From contig CAVTJL010000001.1 in assembly GCA_963735065.1 (NCBI GenBank), positions 1,894,848 to 1,958,847 of the forward strand: a stretch of DNA of 64,000 nucleotides. Reading direction: 5' to 3'. The notes under the pieces were generated by a model, which was given only the letters and a program-made list of their open reading frames with translations, had not been told where the DNA came from and did not search any database. Position 1 is the first letter of the stretch, and each line of letters starts with the position of its first letter. Positions 59,322-64,000 of the stretch are shown here, one piece after another. A program made the position numbers and the translations under genes. This DNA is from an uncultured Alphaproteobacteria bacterium. GTDB lineage: Bacteria > Pseudomonadota > Alphaproteobacteria > Geminicoccales > Geminicoccaceae.

Positions 59322-61314
59322 ATGCTCTCCTCCGTGCTGATCGCCAACCGCGGCGAGATTGCCTGCCGGATCATCGCCACGTGCCGTCGGCTCGGCGTTC
59401 GTGCGGTGGCGGTCTACTCGGATGCCGATCGCGACGCTCGACACGTGGCGATGGCCGATGAGGCCATCCATATCGGTCCGGCGTCCGCTCGGGAGAGCTA
59501 TCTTGCCATAGAGCACGTGCTCGACGCGGCGCGTCGAGCAGAGGTCGAGGCGGTTCATCCCGGCTACGGCTTCCTGGCCGAGAGCCCAGCCTTCGCCCAG
59601 GCGGTTCGGGATGTGCGCCTCGTCTTCGTCGGGCCGTCGCCCGAGGCGATGGCCCTGATGGGCGGCAAGGACACTGCTAAAGCGGCTATGCAAGCGGCGG
59701 GCGTTCCGCTGGTGCCGGGCTACCATGGCACGGATCAGTCGGACGCGCGCCTTGCTGTCGAGGCCGCCCGGATTGGCTTTCCGCTTTTGGTCAAGGCTGT
59801 CTCGGGTGGCGGCGGCAAAGGGATGCGTCGTGTCGAGGCAGCCGAAGACCTGCCCGATGCCCTCGCCGCCTGCCGGCGCGAGGCGACGCAGGCATTCGGC
59901 GACGAGCGCATTCTTCTGGAGCGCCTGGTCGATCGGCCGCGTCACGTCGAGGTCCAGATCTTTGGCGATCGGCACGGCAACGCCGTCCATCTGTGGGAGC
60001 GGGACTGCACGCTGCAGCGCCGCCATCAGAAGATCATCGAGGAGTCACCGGCTGCAGATCTCGCGACCGAGTTGCGTCAGGCGTTGGGGGCAGCGGCCGT
60101 TCGGGCGGCTCTAGCCGCGCGCTATGAGAATGCCGGAACGGTCGAGTTCCTCGTCGATCCACAGGGCGGCTTTTACTTCATCGAGATGAACACGCGCCTC
60201 CAGGTCGAGCATCCCGTGACGGAGATGATAACCGGTCAGGATCTCGTCGAGTGGCAGATCCGGATCGCGGCCGGTGAGGTGCTGCCGCTGCGGCAGGACC
60301 AGATCCCTGCCCATGGGCACGCCGTCGAGGCTAGACTCTATGCGGAGGACCCGACGCGCGGCTTTCTTCCATCGACCGGCCGTTTGACCGCGCTGGCTCT
60401 TCCCGAGTCTCTGCCTGGCATTCGCGTTGACACGGGTGTGCGGGCCGGTGACCAGGTGACGCCGTTCTACGATCCCATGATCGCCAAGATCGTTGCGCAT
60501 GGCCCGGATCGGGCGCGGGCGCTTGATCTTCTGGGTCGGGCCCTCGAGGCGACGCAGGTAGAGGGACTGTCGACCAATCTCGCGTTCCTGCAGCGGGTGG
60601 TTCGGGCTGACCCTTACCGGCGGCTCGTGATCGATACCGCCTGGCTCGATCGCGAGGGCGCCGAGCTCGCGTCGGCAGAGGACCTGCCATCGCCGATCGA
60701 CTCGGCGCTGGCGGCCCTGGCGGTGGCTGCCAACCGAGGGGAGTTGGCCCACGCCACCGTGAGCGCGGAAGGCACCTCGCCGACGTCACCTTGGTGCGAT
60801 ACGAGCGGCTGGAGGCTGAACGCGGCTCCCAGACAGGTCGTGCGGTTCCGTGGGCTCGAGCCTGTCTTGATCGTGACGGGACGAGACCAAGTGGAGCTCT
60901 GTGTCGGCGGCGAGAGATGGACGGCACGCCACGGCCGATCAAGCGGCGTCTGCTGGGCGGAGATCGAGGGCCACCGCTCAAGCTATCGGGTATGGGTATC
61001 CCGAGAGATGGTCTCGATGACCCGGGAGGGGCGCCGCTTCCGCTTCTTCCTCGAGACCGACGAGCTAGGGGCTGGAAGTGGAGAGGCGGACGAGGCGCTG
61101 ATTGCGGCGCCTATGCCGGGCAAGGTGGCGCGTTTGCTGGTTGCGCCCGGTGACCACGTCGTGCGCGGCGAGACGCTGGCAATCCTCGAGGCGATGAAGA
61201 TGGAGCATCGGTTGGCGGCGCCCTTCGACGGACGCGTGAGCGGCGTGAACGTCGCAGGAGGGCGAGCAGATCGAGGAGGGGACCGTCCTGCTCGATCTCG
61301 ACCCGGACGACTGA
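59322..61314 (+). pseudogene. mccA: Methylcrotonyl-CoA carboxylase biotin-carboxylase/BCCP (alpha) subunit, with a +1 frameshift near 61254-61260 close to the C-terminus
   Basis: ATG 59322 (MLSSVLIANRGEIACR). It has a biotin carboxylase domain and the biotinyl motif EAMKMEH. After ...RVSGVNVA the frame slips, and deleting one G from gcaggagggc gives ...VAEGEQIEEGTVLLDLDPDD* ending at TGA 61312-61314. The uncorrected ORF runs on to 61541. Confidence 0.9.
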
Positions 61315-61488
61315 GGGCCGGTGTTTCACGGAGAGCGCTCATCGATCCAGAGCGAAGCGGCCGCCTATCGCGTAGGCGTTTCCGGCCACCTGCTGCGCCG
61401 GGCGAGCGAGCGCAGCCTTACGGCCAACATTGCACCAGCAAGTGGCGATCTGGCGCCTGCCGGCGGCCAGCGCTGAGGCCTGTTCGCT

Positions 61489-62364
61489 TCATCCAGCCCG
61501 TAGACGGAACGGATCGGCAGGGTAGACGCCCAAGACCTTGACGTCGCGGGCGAAGAAGCGGAGCTCCTCGAAGGCGAGCTCGAGCCCACGCTCGGCCGGA
61601 TGGCCCATCACGTCGGCGTAGAACTCGGCCTGGGTGAAGCTGCCGTCGATGTAGCTCTCGAGCTTCGTCATGTTGACGCCGTTGGTGGCGAAGCCGCCGA
61701 GGGCCTTATAGAGGGCAGCCGGCACATTGCGGACGGCGAAGACGAAGGTCGTGACACAGCCGGTCGAGCCCAGCTCCGGCTCTTGCGGCTCCCGCGCAAG
61801 GAGCAGGAAACGGGTGGTGTTGTGCTCGGCATCCTCGATATCGGCGCCGAGAATGTCGAGGTTGTAGATCTCGGCGGCGAGCTTTGAGGCGATCGCCGCG
61901 CGGGTGAGGTCGCCGCTGCGCGCGATGTCGGCTGCAGCCCCCGCGGTGTCGGCCACGATGCGGGCCTGGAGCCCGTGCTCGCGCAGGAAGCGGCGACACT
62001 GGCCGATGGCGTGAACATGCAATTCGGCAGTGCGTATGGTGGCGAGCGACGCGCCCTTGGGGGCGAGGAGATGATGGTTCACCCTGAGGAACGTCTCGCC
62101 CACGATGTGCAGGCCGCCGCGTGGCAGGAGGTGATGGACGTCAGCCACACGTCCCGCTACCGAGTTGTCGATCGGGATCATGGCGTAGCGGGCCTGTCCC
62201 TCCCTTACGGCGGCGAAGGCGTCCTCGAACGAATGGCACGGTAGGGGCTCGAACTCGGGAAGCCGCTCGCGGCAGGCCAGGTGGGAGTACGCACCGGGCA
62301 TTCCCTGGAACGCTACCGCCTCATCGGAGGCGCGGTTGCTCGGGGCGGTGGCGGGCTTGGTCAT
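61489..62364 (-). CDS. pheA: Prephenate dehydratase
   Basis: AFQGMPGAYSH, the TRF motif (NTTRFLLL) and a C-terminal ACT domain with ESYI. ATG 62364 lies within ORF 61489..62385. Confidence 0.9.
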   Translation of the reverse strand: MTKPATAPSNRASDEAVAFQGMPGAYSHLACRERLPEFEPLPCHSFEDAFAAVREGQARYAMIPIDNSVAGRVADVHHLLPRGGLHIVGETFLRVNHHLLAPKGASLATIRTAELHVHAIGQCRRFLREHGLQARIVADTAGAAADIARSGDLTRAAIASKLAAEIYNLDILGADIEDAEHNTTRFLLLAREPQEPELGSTGCVTTFVFAVRNVPAALYKALGGFATNGVNMTKLESYIDGSFTQAEFYADVMGHPAERGLELAFEELRFFARDVKVLGVYPADPFRLRAG

Positions 62365-62381
62365 GGAAGGGCTCGACGGGC

Positions 62382-63161
62382 TCAAGAGGCGGGAGGATGG
62401 CCAAGCAGCAGGCGCGCCCGCTCGAGGTCGCCGGGCGTATCGACCCCGAACGGCACCGTGTCAACCAGCCTTACCCCTATGCTCATGCCGTTCTCGAGGG
62501 CCCGCAGCTGCTCGAGTTTCTCGCGCTGCTCGAGGGGGCTCGGCGGTAGCCCGCAATAGCGCTCGATCGCCGCCCGGGTGAACGCATACAGCCCGATATG
62601 GTGATACACGGGGCCCGGTCCGTACGGAGCGGATGCACGGGTGAAGTAGAGGGCGCGGCCGAGCGTCGGATCGTCCGGCGTGAAGGCCACGACGGCCTTG
62701 ACGACGCTGGGTGCTGCTCGGTCCTCGGCATCCTCCGTGGGCGAGGCAAGGGTGGCGATATCGCAGCCCAAGATGTCGAGTGGCTCGACGACGCGGCGAA
62801 CGACAACTGGGTCGAGCGTAGGGAGATCTCCCTGCACGTTGACGATGCGGTCATAGCGGCCTTCGGCGTCGATCTTGCGCAGCGCCTCGAAAATGCGATC
62901 GGTCCCCGACGGCAGCTCCGGGTCGGTGAGAACGGCGGTCCCGCCGGCCCGGTCGATCGCCTCGGCGATCACCAACTCCGCGCAGGCGACCACGACAGGG
63001 CCCAAGGCCGCCTCGACGGCGCGCCTCCAGACATGGACGATCATGGGCGCACCGGCGATGTCGGCGAGCGGCTTGTTTGGCAGCCGGGTCGACGCCAAGC
63101 GGGCTGGCACAAGGACAATGGTACGCGACGATTGGTCGCCTCGCCGGACTATACGTGTCAA
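62382..63161 (-). CDS. kdsB: 3-deoxy-manno-octulosonate cytidylyltransferase
   Basis: IVLVPARLASTRLPNKPL, VNVQGDLP and HIGLYAF are conserved KdsB blocks. The start is TTG at 63161. Confidence 0.9.
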   Translation of the reverse strand: MTRIVRRGDQSSRTIVLVPARLASTRLPNKPLADIAGAPMIVHVWRRAVEAALGPVVVACAELVIAEAIDRAGGTAVLTDPELPSGTDRIFEALRKIDAEGRYDRIVNVQGDLPTLDPVVVRRVVEPLDILGCDIATLASPTEDAEDRAAPSVVKAVVAFTPDDPTLGRALYFTRASAPYGPGPVYHHIGLYAFTRAAIERYCGLPPSPLEQREKLEQLRALENGMSIGVRLVDTVPFGVDTPGDLERARLLLGHPPAS

Positions 63162-63309
63162 CTCTCTTCTCCCGATCCTTCCGCTCGCTGTTGGGCCACC
63201 GTGTCGGCTTGACTCAGCGAGGCCCCCTGTCTACCGACCAGATCGAGCGCCGGACGCGTCCCGGTGCCGCGGGGCGTACTTGCCGCAACGAGCGAGGATC
63301 GATCTCCCT

Positions 63310-64000
63310 ATGGCAGGGTCACTCGAAGGCAACAAGATCGTGGCGGCAATCCTGACCGCCGGCATCATCGCGCAGGGTGCGGGGGTCTTCTCGAGGATAC
63401 TCTACTCACCTCATCACCTTGAGAAAGACGCCTTCCCGATCGAGGTGGCGGCACCGTCGAGCGGAGAGGCGAAACCGGCGCCCGAGAAGCCGCTGCCCGT
63501 CCTCTTGGCAGCGGCAGATCCCAAGGCCGGCGAGAAGGATGCGGCCGTCTGCAAGGCCTGCCACAACTTCGCCGAGGGTGCTGGGAGTAAGATCGGACCG
63601 GATCTGTGGAACGTCGTCGATCGCGAGATCGCCAGTAAGTCGGACTTCAGCTACTCGGACGCCCTCAAGAGCAAGAAGGGCAAATGGACCTACGAGGATC
63701 TCTTCGCGTGGCTCAAGAGCCCGCGCGAGTGGGCGCCAGGCACCAAGATGACCTTCGCGGGCATCAGCAGCCCCGAGAAGCGGGCCGACGTCATCGTCTA
63801 CCTGCGCACGCTCTCTGAGAAGCCCGAGCCCCTTCCGGAGGTCAAGGAACAGGCGGCGGCAGCACCTGCCGCTGCCGCGCCGACCTCGGGTGGCGAGGAA
63901 GCGAAGGCGGGCGCCGCTCCAGCTGCCCAGCAGGCGTCGGGCGGCGCCGGCGGCGGCGATCAGTTCGCCGCGCTCGTAGCTTCGGAGAGCCCCGATCAGG
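63310..64000 (+). CDS. Membrane-anchored class I cytochrome c (CycM-like), 3' end beyond the window
   Basis: ATG 63310, then the N-terminal TM segment IVAAILTAGIIAQGAGVF, the heme motif CKACH, GPDLWNVV, PGTKMTFAGI and an Ala/Pro/Gly-rich tail. It is not in the ORF track because no stop is reached. Confidence 0.8.
   Translation, partial: MAGSLEGNKIVAAILTAGIIAQGAGVFSRILYSPHHLEKDAFPIEVAAPSSGEAKPAPEKPLPVLLAAADPKAGEKDAAVCKACHNFAEGAGSKIGPDLWNVVDREIASKSDFSYSDALKSKKGKWTYEDLFAWLKSPREWAPGTKMTFAGISSPEKRADVIVYLRTLSEKPEPLPEVKEQAAAAPAAAAPTSGGEEAKAGAAPAAQQASGGAGGGDQFAALVASESPDQ

Overview
High-GC chromosomal segment with alphaproteobacterial (Hyphomicrobiales/Rhizobiales-like) gene content and synteny. It is mostly core metabolism and housekeeping: rsh (RelA/SpoT), comM/yifB, a DeoR regulator next to a CUT2-type sugar ABC operon, pdxJ-lepB-rnc-era, ivd, mgtE-maeB, lipB, a large PAS-GGDEF-EAL protein, nnr, psuG, moaA, nadK, apt, an aspartate aminotransferase, mccB-liuC-(GH28)-mccA, pheA-kdsB and divergent cycM, plus tRNA-Leu(GAG) and tRNA-Val(GAC). 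I recognised no rRNA, CRISPR array, transposase, integrase or prophage. I did not find a convincing new multi-gene system, so the findings are smaller structural oddities. (1) A 1.75-kb integrase-less islet sits at the 3' end of comM, bracketed by an imperfect 48-bp direct repeat of the comM terminus, with an orphan membrane protein and a HicB/DUF1902-like plus HicA-like pair as cargo. (2) The same architecture, an intact gene end followed by cargo and a displaced copy of that end, surrounds a DUF2141 gene next to a dienelactone hydrolase gene. (3) Five conserved genes (rsh, DUF4892-OmpA, choice-of-anchor I, ivd, mccA) each carry a single-base insertion at a short homopolymer. This looks more like sequencing error than decay but needs checking. 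(4) A REC-Hpt protein has a receiver domain lacking the phospho-acceptor Asp. (5) A secreted GH28 glycosidase gene is wedged inside the leucine-catabolism (liu) operon. (6) A 24-codon hydrophobic micro-ORF sits just upstream of a membrane-protein gene. (7) There are several decayed gene relics (DUF1272, AGE-family), REP-like hairpin arrays and short tandem repeats. All calls rest on reading the translations and sequence by eye. No database search or RNA model was run.
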